A stretch of 64,000 nt of DNA from an uncultured Bifidobacteriaceae bacterium (lineage in GTDB: Bacteria > Acidobacteriota > Vicinamibacteria > Vicinamibacterales > UBA2999), in assembly GCA_964372085.1 (NCBI GenBank), contig CAYJPQ010000012.1, positions 694 to 64,693 on the forward strand, read 5' to 3'. Below are positions 53,315-61,766 of this stretch, piece after piece. Position 1 is the stretch's first letter, and the number at the start of each line of letters is the position of its first letter. The notes under the pieces are model-generated. The model saw only the letters and a list, made by a program, of their open reading frames with translations. It ran no database searches and was not told the origin of the DNA. A program made the translations under genes and the position numbers.

Positions 53315-53360
53315 GTGTGTCTCGGGTGCCTAGGGTGCCTAGGGTGCCTTGGGTGCCAGG
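53298..53360. repeat. 9-mer array x7 (GGTGCCAGG GGTGCCATG TGTGTCTCG GGTGCCTAG GGTGCCTAG GGTGCCTTG GGTGCCAGG)
   Basis: Read directly. One unit holds the complement of the ispE ATG (53312-53314). Another holds the complement of the upstream gene's TAG (53339-53341). Confidence 0.9.
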
Positions 53361-54124
53361 GGGGCGACTGAGCGCAGCTCGTCGAGCGTCATCGGGTCCG
53401 TCCCGGGCGGCACGTCGAGGGTGAACGCCCTGGGGTCGATGGGCACGTTGATCGCCAGTTGCGACAACCGGGCGGTGACGTCGATGGCGGCGTCGCCGTC
53501 GCGCCGCACACGGACCGTGCGGGGCCAGCCGCCCGCGTGGCCGGCGTAGTCCACGCGCCACGGTCCGTAGTCGGCGGCCACCACGACGACGGTGCCCTGG
53601 CGCTCGCGCAGGTAGGCCACGCGCTCGGGCGCCACGCGCACGGCCTGCCACCCGCTGCCCCACCGCCGTCCATCAGCCGGATCGGCCGACTCCACGAGGC
53701 AGCCCGAGAGCACGAGGCGAAGGTCGTCGGCGCCAAGGGTGAGGCCGGTGAGCCGTTCGAGCACGGCCGACACGGTGGCGCCGTCGAGCACGCGGCGATC
53801 GCGCGGCAGCAGCAGGCGCGCGCGCTCGTTGGCGGCGGCCAGGATGAAGATGGGCGCGCCAAACGGCGCCAGGCCTTCGAGGCGCGCCGCCCCGCCCCGC
53901 TCGAGGCCGGCCACCACCCGCCCGCGCAGCCGCTCGCCGCCCGCGCGCCCCGACAGCGCCAGTTCCGCGGTGAGCGTGCGCAGGCTGCGGCACTGCGAAG
54001 TGGCGGACCGGAACCGTTCGGCGGCGGACGGATCGGGCGTGACGGGCCCGGTGGGCCGCGGCGGCGCCTTGGCCGCGCACGCGGCGAAGAGCAGCAGCAG
54101 GCCCGCGGTGAGCAGACGACCCAT
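53339..54124 (-). CDS. LolB-like (LolA/LolB-fold, DUF4292-type) outer-membrane lipoprotein
   Basis: ATG at 54124, lipobox LLLLFAAC. By eye, LEGLAPFGAPIFILAAANERARLLLPRDRRVLDGATVSAVLERLTGLTLGADDLRLVLSG aligns to E. coli LolB [59 protein letters not shown]. Sits immediately upstream of ispE-prs, as lolB does in E. coli. Confidence 0.6.
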   Translation of the reverse strand: MGRLLTAGLLLLFAACAAKAPPRPTGPVTPDPSAAERFRSATSQCRSLRTLTAELALSGRAGGERLRGRVVAGLERGGAARLEGLAPFGAPIFILAAANERARLLLPRDRRVLDGATVSAVLERLTGLTLGADDLRLVLSGCLVESADPADGRRWGSGWQAVRVAPERVAYLRERQGTVVVVAADYGPWRVDYAGHAGGWPRTVRVRRDGDAAIDVTARLSQLAINVPIDPRAFTLDVPPGTDPMTLDELRSVAPLAPKAP

Positions 54125-56097
54125 CAGCGTCGACGGGCGCGGGCGTCCTTGATCTTCTTCTCGATCGCGGCGCGGTCGATGTCTTCGCCGTCCCCGGTGA
54201 GCGCGCGCTCCCAGGCCGCGACGGCGTCGGCGGGCTTGCCCGTGGCCATCAGCACGTCGCCCCGGTGATCCTGAATCACGGAACTGCCGGCCAGCGCCGC
54301 GGCGGCGCGCGCCATGGGCCCCACGGCGTCGGCGGCCTTGCCCGACTTGAACAGGGCCCACGCGAGCGTGTCGAGGTAGGCGGGGTTGCCCGGCTGCACC
54401 TTGAGCGCGCGCTCGGCCAGCTCGATGGCCTCGGGCAGGCGCAGCCCGCGCTCGGCCAGCATGTACGCCAGCGAGTTCATGGCGTTGGCGTTCAGCGGAT
54501 CGTCCGACAGCAGGCGGCGGAACTCGCGCTCCGCCATGTCGAGCCGGCCGCCCGCCTCGTAGGCGCCCGCCAGGCGCAGCGCCAGCGTCTCGTCGTCGCC
54601 AAAGGTCTTGCGCGCCAACTCGAGCATGCGCACCGCGTCGCCGGTCCGCTTCTGATCCGCGTAGAGATCGGCCAGGCCCACCACGTATTCCCGGCTGTCA
54701 GGGCGGGCGGCGACGCCGTCTTCCAGCAACTTCAGGGCCTCGGCCACACGGCCGCCCTTGGCCAGGGCCTGGGCGCGCAGACGTTCCATGCGCGGCTGGT
54801 TGGGGGTGCGGGCCAGCGACTCGCGGGCCAGCGACTCGGCACGGTCGAAGCGGCGGGCAGCGAGGTGGGCCTGCACGAGATACGCATCGATATCGGGGTC
54901 GCGCGGCGTGAGCGCGCGCGCCTGGGTGAAGGCGTCGATGGCGGCGTCGAACTCGCCCAACTGCTGGTACGCAATGCCCAGCTGCACCAGCACCATGGCG
55001 CCCTCAGACTCGCGGCCGCGCGCGCGCGGAGCGCCGCGCTTGGCAAACGGGGCGAGGGCCTCCACCATGCGGCGGTACTCGTGGCGATCGAACAGCGTGA
55101 GCGACAAGGCGTAGAGCCCCGACACGTTGTCGGGATCCACGTCGATCATCGTGCGCGCGGTGGCCTCGGCGGCGGCCAGGTCGCCGGCCGCGCGCTCGGC
55201 GCTGACCCGGAGGTAGAGCAGGCGCGAATCGGTGGGATCGGTCTTGAGCATCTCGCCCACCACCTCACGCGCCTTGGCGGCCCCCGCCCCGCCGGGCACG
55301 TTGGCGAGCGCGGTGATCCAGCGCACCCGAAGGTCGCGGCTGGGGGCCCGCAGGCCTTGTACCGCCTGGCCGTAGGCGCCGGCAGCATCCGCCCACCGGC
55401 CCTGCCGCTCGTACACGTCCGCCAGGCTCACGAAGTAGCGAGGGTTGATCCCGGCAGCGGCCTCGAGGGCCTCCACCGCTTCATTCACCTGCCCGACGGC
55501 AAGGCGCGCCTCGGCCAACAAGGCCAGCGGCTCGCCGGCCCACGGCACCTGCGCGACCACGCGCTCCAGCACGGGCACGGCGTCCTTCGCGCGCCCCGCG
55601 CGCAACTGGTGGCGCCCAAGGGTCATCTGCAGGTTGGGATCGGTGGCCACCAGCGGCGACCCGACGATCGCGGACAGGTGCTCGATGGCCTTTTGCCGGG
55701 CCGTGGCCGGCGTCTGGCCCGCCGGAGGCGGCGATCCGCCGTCAGCCCACGCCGAATGGATGAGCCCGAGCACGTGGTGCGCCTCGGTGTTCTTCGGGTC
55801 GATCGCGAGCGCCCGCTCGGCCTCGGCCACCGCGGCATCATCGCGATCCTGCCGCGCGTGGAACCCGGCCAGTTCCGCCAGCAACTCGGCCGAATTGGGG
55901 TCGAGCTTCTTGGCGCGCTCGAGCGCGGCCAGCGCGGCCGCCTGGTCGCCCTCGGCTTCGAGCCGGCGCGCCATCAGGAACTCGTAGTACGCCTGCGCCT
56001 GCGCCTGCGCCGGTGGCGACGCGGGCGTTTGCGCCCACACTGGCGTGGCCATGAGCAGCGCGACGAGGGCGGCACCGAAGCGCATCATCAATGGCAT
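54124..56097 (-). CDS. Secreted multi-TPR protein
   Basis: ATG at 56097 (MPLMMRFGAALVALLMATPVWAQ), more than 10 TPR-like units. Its stop overlaps the LolB-like start by 1 nt. Confidence 0.8.
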   Translation of the reverse strand: MPLMMRFGAALVALLMATPVWAQTPASPPAQAQAQAYYEFLMARRLEAEGDQAAALAALERAKKLDPNSAELLAELAGFHARQDRDDAAVAEAERALAIDPKNTEAHHVLGLIHSAWADGGSPPPAGQTPATARQKAIEHLSAIVGSPLVATDPNLQMTLGRHQLRAGRAKDAVPVLERVVAQVPWAGEPLALLAEARLAVGQVNEAVEALEAAAGINPRYFVSLADVYERQGRWADAAGAYGQAVQGLRAPSRDLRVRWITALANVPGGAGAAKAREVVGEMLKTDPTDSRLLYLRVSAERAAGDLAAAEATARTMIDVDPDNVSGLYALSLTLFDRHEYRRMVEALAPFAKRGAPRARGRESEGAMVLVQLGIAYQQLGEFDAAIDAFTQARALTPRDPDIDAYLVQAHLAARRFDRAESLARESLARTPNQPRMERLRAQALAKGGRVAEALKLLEDGVAARPDSREYVVGLADLYADQKRTGDAVRMLELARKTFGDDETLALRLAGAYEAGGRLDMAEREFRRLLSDDPLNANAMNSLAYMLAERGLRLPEAIELAERALKVQPGNPAYLDTLAWALFKSGKAADAVGPMARAAAALAGSSVIQDHRGDVLMATGKPADAVAAWERALTGDGEDIDRAAIEKKIKDARARRR

Positions 56098-56102
56098 CTT
56101 AC

Positions 56103-56110
56103 TGTATAGT
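56103..56110 (+). promoter_or_regulatory. TG-TATAGT -10 element 6 nt upstream of the trm112-like ATG (possible leaderless mRNA)
   Basis: Read directly; the spacer between divergent start codons is only 19 nt, and no Shine-Dalgarno fits. Confidence 0.35.
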
Positions 56111-56116
56111 CGCAGC

Positions 56117-56287
56117 ATGCCCGTTGACGCCGAGCTGCTGGAAATCCTGGCCTGTCCGGCTTGCAAGACACCCGTCACGCTGGTGAAGGACGGCACCGCC
56201 CTGAAGTGCGCCACGTGTCACCGCGTGTACCCCATCAAGGACGACATCCCGGTGATGTTGATCGACGAGGCGACGGTCGAGCCCTGA
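56117..56287 (+). CDS. Trm112/UPF0434 (YcaR-like) small zinc-ribbon protein
   Basis: 56 aa, MPVDAELLEILACPACKTPVTLVKDGTALKCATCHRVYPIKDDIPVMLIDEA. Confidence 0.8.
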   Translation: MPVDAELLEILACPACKTPVTLVKDGTALKCATCHRVYPIKDDIPVMLIDEATVEP

Positions 56288-57348
56288 AGATCCTGCTGAT
56301 CCGCCTGCGGCTGATCGGTGACGTGGTGTTCACCACTCCCGCCGTCACCGCGCTGGGCCGCCGCTTCCCGGGGGCTCGCCTCTCCTACCTTGTTGAACGC
56401 GCCGCCGAACCGGTGGTGCGCCACCACCCAGGAATCGACGAGGTGATCGTCGCCGAGCGGCCGCGGGGCCTCGCGCGGCTGCGCTACGACCTCGCGCTGG
56501 CCCGCCGGCTGCGGGCCGGACGGTTCGACCTGGTCATCGACTTCCACGGCGGCCCCAGGAGCGCATGGCTCACCCTCGCTACCGGCGCGCGGCAGCGCGT
56601 GGGCTACGACCTGCCCGGTCGCGGCTGGTGCTACACCACGCGCGTGCCCTGGTCGCGATCGCTCGTGCCGCCCCGGCACTCGGTGCTCAACCAGTGGGAC
56701 CTCATCGCCACGCTCGGCGTGGGCCCGGCCGACCGCGCGCGCGATGCGGTGGTGATGCCCGTGGACGCCGCGGCGGCCGCGCAGGTGGACGCGCGCCTCG
56801 CCGCCGCGGAGGTGCCGCCCGCCGCCCCCATCGTCGTGATGCACGTGAGCGCGGGCAACCCGTTCCGGCGCTGGCCCGCGGACCACTTCGCGGCGGTGGC
56901 CGCGGACCTGGCCGTCGAGGATCCCGCGCGCCGCATCGTCATCACGTCGGGCCCGTCGGAGGCGGACGCGGCGTCGCGCGTGGCCGGCGAGGCGCGCCGG
57001 CGCGCGGGCAGCGCCGCCGGCGCCATCGTGCGGTGCGGCGAGTTCGACCTGTCGGAGTTGCGCGCGCTCGTGGAGCGGGCGGCGCTCTACATCGGCGGCG
57101 ACAGCGGCCCGCTGCACATCGCGGCCACCACCCGCACGCCGGTGGTGGCGCTGTTCGGGCCGACGCTGCCCGAGCGCTCGATGCCGTGGCGCGACCCGGC
57201 CATCCCCGACGTGGCCGTCGACGCGGGCCCGCTGCCGTGCCGCCCGTGTCACCAGCGGCGCTGCGTGCCGGGTGACTTCCGTTGCCTCACCACCATCACG
57301 CCAGGGGCCGTGGTGGACGCCGCCCGCCACGCACTGGGGCGGAACTGA
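56284..57348 (+). CDS. Glycosyltransferase family 9 (LPS heptosyltransferase-like)
   Basis: (L)KILLIRLRLIGDVVFTTPA... and GGDSGPLHIAAA motifs. No ATG/GTG/TTG at the expected N-terminus: the codon before KILLIR is CTG at 56284, overlapping the trm112 stop, so the start is uncertain. Confidence 0.75.
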   Translation: MKILLIRLRLIGDVVFTTPAVTALGRRFPGARLSYLVERAAEPVVRHHPGIDEVIVAERPRGLARLRYDLALARRLRAGRFDLVIDFHGGPRSAWLTLATGARQRVGYDLPGRGWCYTTRVPWSRSLVPPRHSVLNQWDLIATLGVGPADRARDAVVMPVDAAAAAQVDARLAAAEVPPAAPIVVMHVSAGNPFRRWPADHFAAVAADLAVEDPARRIVITSGPSEADAASRVAGEARRRAGSAAGAIVRCGEFDLSELRALVERAALYIGGDSGPLHIAATTRTPVVALFGPTLPERSMPWRDPAIPDVAVDAGPLPCRPCHQRRCVPGDFRCLTTITPGAVVDAARHALGRN

Positions 57349-57380
57349 AGTTCCGCCACCCATCGAGTACACTGACGGCG

Positions 57381-58559
57381 ATGACGACGACGTCCCTGAC
57401 CGCGGGCGTGCCGCCGCGCGATCGGCTCGATCACGTGGGCCTGCTGGCCCTCGCGGGCATTGTCGCCGCCATGCAGCTGTCCATTGCCGCCTCCCAGATC
57501 CTGCTGGGCCTGGCGGCCGTCACCTGGCTCATCTCGCACGTGCGGCGCGGCGAGCGCGTCGAGGCGCCGGCCTTCTTCTGGCCGCTGGTGGCGTACGCGG
57601 CGCTCACGCTGCTGTCGGCCGGATTCTCGCTGGACCCGCGCGTGAGCTTCACCGACTGCAAGCAGCTGGTGCTGCTGCTGCTGGTGCCGCTGGTGTACGA
57701 CCTGGGGCGCGGCGCGCGCGCCAAGAGCCTGCTGAGCATCCTGCTGACCATCGGCGCGGCCAGCGCGCTCGTGGGCATCCTCCAGTACGGCGTGCTCAAC
57801 TACGACAACCTGGGCCGCCGGCCGCAGGGCACGCTGTCGCACTGGATGACCTACTCGGGCACGCTGATGCTGGTCGTCTGCGCCACGGTGGCGCGCCTGC
57901 TGTACAGCGCGAGCGGGCGGCTCTGGGCGGCGTTCATCATGCCCGCGCTGCTGGTGGGCCTCATCCTCACCTTCACGCGCAGCGCCTGGGTAGGCGTGGC
58001 CGTGGGCGTAGGCGTGCTGCTGCTCCGCAAGGACTTCCGCCTGTTGGCGCTGCTGCCCATCGTGGTGGCCGCGATGGTGGCCCTCGCGCCGGCGGCGCTC
58101 ACCGATCGCGTCTACTCGATGTTCGATCTCAACGATCCCACCAACCGCGACCGCGTGGCCATGCTGCAGGCCGGCGCCGCCATCGTGCGCGACCATCCGC
58201 TCACGGGCGTGGGGCCCGACCAGATCGAGCGCGTGTACCCGTCCTACCGCCCGCCCGAGGCGGTAAACCCCACCAACCCGCACCTGCACAACGTGCCCAT
58301 GCAGATTGCCGCCGAACGCGGGCTGCCCGCGCTCGCCGCGTGGCTGTGGTTCGTCGCGAGCGCCACGATGGGCCTGCTCGCGCTGCTGCGCCGCACCCGC
58401 AATCGCAGCCTGGCAGCCGCCGGGCTGGGCGCCATGGCCGCCATGCTGTCGGCCGGCATGTTCGAATACAACTTCGGCGACTCGGAGTTCCAGATGGTGT
58501 TGCTCCTGCTCGTCACCCTGCCGTTTGCCGCCAACCGCGACGGAGGCCTCCCCGCGTGA
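57381..58559 (+). CDS. O-antigen ligase / Wzy_C-family polytopic membrane protein
   Basis: ATG at 57381; multiple TM helices and a Wzy_C-like core (LTFTRSAWVGVAVGVGVLLL). Confidence 0.8.
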   Translation: MTTTSLTAGVPPRDRLDHVGLLALAGIVAAMQLSIAASQILLGLAAVTWLISHVRRGERVEAPAFFWPLVAYAALTLLSAGFSLDPRVSFTDCKQLVLLLLVPLVYDLGRGARAKSLLSILLTIGAASALVGILQYGVLNYDNLGRRPQGTLSHWMTYSGTLMLVVCATVARLLYSASGRLWAAFIMPALLVGLILTFTRSAWVGVAVGVGVLLLRKDFRLLALLPIVVAAMVALAPAALTDRVYSMFDLNDPTNRDRVAMLQAGAAIVRDHPLTGVGPDQIERVYPSYRPPEAVNPTNPHLHNVPMQIAAERGLPALAAWLWFVASATMGLLALLRRTRNRSLAAAGLGAMAAMLSAGMFEYNFGDSEFQMVLLLLVTLPFAANRDGGLPA

Positions 58560-59566
58560 GCGCCGCGCCCCTCCCCGAACTGGCGGCCGCGCGCGCGCAC
58601 GACCTGGTGGGCCGCTTCTCCGCCTGCCGCATCACGGTGGTGGGTGACGTGATGCTCGATCGCTTCGTCATCGGCCGCGTGAGCCGCATGTCGCCGGAGG
58701 CGCCGGTGCCGGTGGTGGTGTTCGACCACGAGGAGTACCGCCTCGGGGGCGCCGCCAACGTGGCCAACAACCTGCGCGCGCTTGGCGCGGCGGTGGACCT
58801 GGTGGGCATTGTCGGCGCGGACGAGGCAGGCGCGCAGCTGAAGGCGGAGCTGGCCGCGAAGGGCATCCACGCGTCTGGCCTCATCACCGATCCCGACCGG
58901 CGCACCACCACCAAGGTGCGGGTGGTCACCACGCGCAACCAGCAGGTGGCGCGCATCGACTACGAGACCGACAGCGACGCGACCCTCGCGGTGGAAGACG
59001 CCATCGTCGCGCAGGCCGCCGCGCGCGCCTCGTCCGCGCAGGTGCTGCTGGTCTCCGACTACCAGAAAGGCGCGGTCACCCGCCGCACCATGGCGCAGCT
59101 GGTGGCCCTCGCGCAGGCCGGCGGCATCCCGGTGGTGGTCGATCCCAAGGTGCCGCACCTCGACTACTACCACGGCGCCACCATGGTCACGCCCAACCAC
59201 GTGGAGGCCGAAAGCGCCACCAACGTGCGCATCGCCACGCACGAGGACGCGAAGAAGGCCGCCGACGCACTGCGCCAGCGCCTGCAGGTGGCAAGCGTGC
59301 TCATCACGATGGGCGAACACGGCATGTGGCTGTCGCAGCCGGGCGCGGACGGCTATCTCAACGCGGCGGCCCGCGAGGTGGCCGACGTCACGGGCGCGGG
59401 CGACACCGTGATCGCCACCCTGGCCCTGGCCATCGCCGCCGGCGCCACCACCGGCGAGGCCGCGCGGCTGGCCAACGAGGCCGCGGGCATCGTGGTGGGC
59501 CGGTTCGGCGCGGCCACCGTGTCGCCGCGTGAGCTGACCGCCCGGTTCGAGGCACAAGGCGATTGA
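58556..59566 (+). CDS. D-glycero-beta-D-manno-heptose-7-phosphate kinase (RfaE domain I / HldE kinase, PfkB family)
   Basis: GTG at 58556 (GTGA overlap). VVGDVMLDRF...GGAANVANNL...DVTGAGDTVIATL pattern. Confidence 0.85.
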   Translation: MSAAPLPELAAARAHDLVGRFSACRITVVGDVMLDRFVIGRVSRMSPEAPVPVVVFDHEEYRLGGAANVANNLRALGAAVDLVGIVGADEAGAQLKAELAAKGIHASGLITDPDRRTTTKVRVVTTRNQQVARIDYETDSDATLAVEDAIVAQAAARASSAQVLLVSDYQKGAVTRRTMAQLVALAQAGGIPVVVDPKVPHLDYYHGATMVTPNHVEAESATNVRIATHEDAKKAADALRQRLQVASVLITMGEHGMWLSQPGADGYLNAAAREVADVTGAGDTVIATLALAIAAGATTGEAARLANEAAGIVVGRFGAATVSPRELTARFEAQGD

Positions 59567-60135
59567 CAGTCCCGCCCCGGGCTCGTCATCATCAAGGCTT
59601 GAGGCATCTATCCCGTCGGCATTTCGTGTCCACGCTGGCCGCCGCGCTCCCGTTGCTGGGGGCGCCGCGCCAGGCCCTCGCCAGGTCGGCGGCCACGCGC
59701 GCGCTCCGGTTCGAGCACACGCACACCGGCGAGAAGCTGGCGGTGGAGTACTTCGACCAGGGCGCCTACGTGCCCGATGCACTGGCCACCGTGAACCACT
59801 TCCTGCGTGATTTCCGCACGGGCGACGTGCGCGAGATCGACGCGGGCCTGCTCGACCTGCTGCACGGCCTCACCAGCCTCACCGAGACCACGCGCCCGTA
59901 CCAGGTGATCTCCGCCTACCGATCGCCCGCCACGAACGCGAGCCTCCGCCGCGCCAGCGAGGGCGTGGCCGCGGGCAGCCTGCACATGGTGGGCCAGGCC
60001 ATCGACATCCGCCTGGGCGACGTGCCGCTCGACAAGCTCCGCAAAGCCGCCCTCGCCGCACGCCGCGGCGGCGTGGGCTACTACCCCGCCTCGAACTTCG
60101 TCCACGTCGACACCGGCCGCGTCCGCTTCTGGTAG
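59563..60135 (+). CDS. Tat-signal DUF882 / peptidase M15A protein (YcbK/MepK-like)
   Basis: SRRHFVSTLAAA twin-arginine signal, SAYRSPATN, HMVGQAIDI and FVHVD motifs. Start is TTG 59563 or in-frame TTG 59599. Confidence 0.8.
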   Translation: MTVPPRARHHQGLRHLSRRHFVSTLAAALPLLGAPRQALARSAATRALRFEHTHTGEKLAVEYFDQGAYVPDALATVNHFLRDFRTGDVREIDAGLLDLLHGLTSLTETTRPYQVISAYRSPATNASLRRASEGVAAGSLHMVGQAIDIRLGDVPLDKLRKAALAARRGGVGYYPASNFVHVDTGRVRFW

Positions 60136-60142
60136 GCGCGGA

Positions 60143-61702
60143 TCATCCGCCCACTGCGCCCGCCGCGCCTCGAGCGGCCAGCGCGCGCTCCAGCGCCTGG
60201 TCGTGGCCGTAGATGTCGTTGGCAAAGTGCACCCGGCCATCCTCGGGCATCGCCACCGCCGTCAGATATAACAGGATCACCTGCAGCGGCCGCTTCAGGT
60301 CCACGCGGCCCGGCGCACCGCCTTGCATCGCGGCGATGATGCGCGCCCGGGTCCATTCCGGTTGGTCGGCGAGCATCCGCAGGGCCAGCCCCACGGGATC
60401 GACCACCCGCACGCACCCGTGGCTCAGGTCGCGGCGCGGCCGGCTGAACAGGTACGGCGCCGGCGTGCCGTGCATGTAGATGTTGTCGTCGTTGGGAAAC
60501 ACGAACTTCACGAGGCCCAGTGAGTTCTTCGGCCCAGGGCGCTGCCGCACGCGCAGGCGGCCGGCACGCAGGAGCGCCAGCGCATCGTCACTGAGCGGCA
60601 CGACGCTCGCATTGTCGCCCTGCCCGTCGACGATCTCCATGTCCTGGTCGTCCAGGTAGCCGCGGTCGCGCGCGAGCGCTGGCAGCACCTCCCCCCTCAG
60701 GATGGACGGAGGCACGTTCCAATAGGGCCGGAAGATGATGTGCGTGATCTGGTCGATGAACACGGGTGTCTGCGTGTTGAGCGAGCGGCCCACGATCACG
60801 TTCATAAGAAAGGAAGGCGCGCCGTCGGGCGGCACGTTGTCCCACCCCCACAACCGGAACATCGGGATGTTGACCGCCACGAACCGGTCATCGAGGTGCG
60901 GCAGCCAGCGCAGGCGCTCGAGGGTGACCTCGATCTGGCGGACGCGGTGCGCCAGCGGGACGCCCAGCGCCGCCTGCGTGGCCTTGCCCAGCACGCCGTC
61001 AGGCTCGAGGCCATGACGCGACTGGAACGCCCTGACCCCGTCGACGATGGTCCCGTCGTACAGCGGTGAAATGGGGGCCGCGGCGTTGGGCGGCAAGTCA
61101 CCGAGGGCACGCAGCCACCGATCCAGCGCCGGCAGGTGCGCGGCTGCCTGTCCCGGCTTGACGGCCGCGGGCTCTGGCGGTGGCGGCTGGTTGGCCGGGT
61201 CCGCGGCTAGCGCGCGATAGCGGGTGAGCGTATCGGCGAGCAGGCGATAAAGCGCCAGCGGAGGCCGCCATTCCGCGACGGTTTCGGCGAGGCGGTGCTG
61301 CTCGACGGCCGCGCGGATGACGTCGGTGAACTCGTGGTCGTCGGGCGGCGCCGCAATGCGGAAGCCGCCCGCCCGCGGATCGACTCGGCCCATGTGCAGG
61401 TGGCGAAGGTATCGCACCATGCTCTCGGTGAGCGCCGCCTCGAACACTGCCGGGTTGCCTGTGTCAGGGACGCTGTACTCACGGGGATCGAGGCCATCTG
61501 CCGCCGCACCCTGGAGCACGACGAGCGCAGCACGCGCATCCGGCGTTGGCCGGCCTGCCGTGTCAACCCACAGGGCGCCGGGGGCCCGACGCCCGGTTGA
61601 TGCCTCCGTGGTCCCGGGACCGGCCCGTGGAGGCTCGGCAGGCGAGCAGGCACTGGCCGCCAGCCAGCCGAAGATGATTGCGGAACGGGCCAGGCGGATC
61701 AT
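60143..61702 (-). CDS. L,D-transpeptidase with peptidoglycan-binding domain (YcbB/LdtD-like), lipoprotein
   Basis: 519 aa, LAASAC lipobox, PG_binding_1-like segment (VRAFQSRHGLEPDGVLG), YkuD active site LSHGCVRV. Confidence 0.85.
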   Translation of the reverse strand: MIRLARSAIIFGWLAASACSPAEPPRAGPGTTEASTGRRAPGALWVDTAGRPTPDARAALVVLQGAAADGLDPREYSVPDTGNPAVFEAALTESMVRYLRHLHMGRVDPRAGGFRIAAPPDDHEFTDVIRAAVEQHRLAETVAEWRPPLALYRLLADTLTRYRALAADPANQPPPPEPAAVKPGQAAAHLPALDRWLRALGDLPPNAAAPISPLYDGTIVDGVRAFQSRHGLEPDGVLGKATQAALGVPLAHRVRQIEVTLERLRWLPHLDDRFVAVNIPMFRLWGWDNVPPDGAPSFLMNVIVGRSLNTQTPVFIDQITHIIFRPYWNVPPSILRGEVLPALARDRGYLDDQDMEIVDGQGDNASVVPLSDDALALLRAGRLRVRQRPGPKNSLGLVKFVFPNDDNIYMHGTPAPYLFSRPRRDLSHGCVRVVDPVGLALRMLADQPEWTRARIIAAMQGGAPGRVDLKRPLQVILLYLTAVAMPEDGRVHFANDIYGHDQALERALAARGAAGAVGG

Positions 61703-61766
61703 GGGTTACTCCCATTATGTGGCGTTCCAGGGGGACCGATCCCCGATGTAGACTCAGCAGGAAAAG

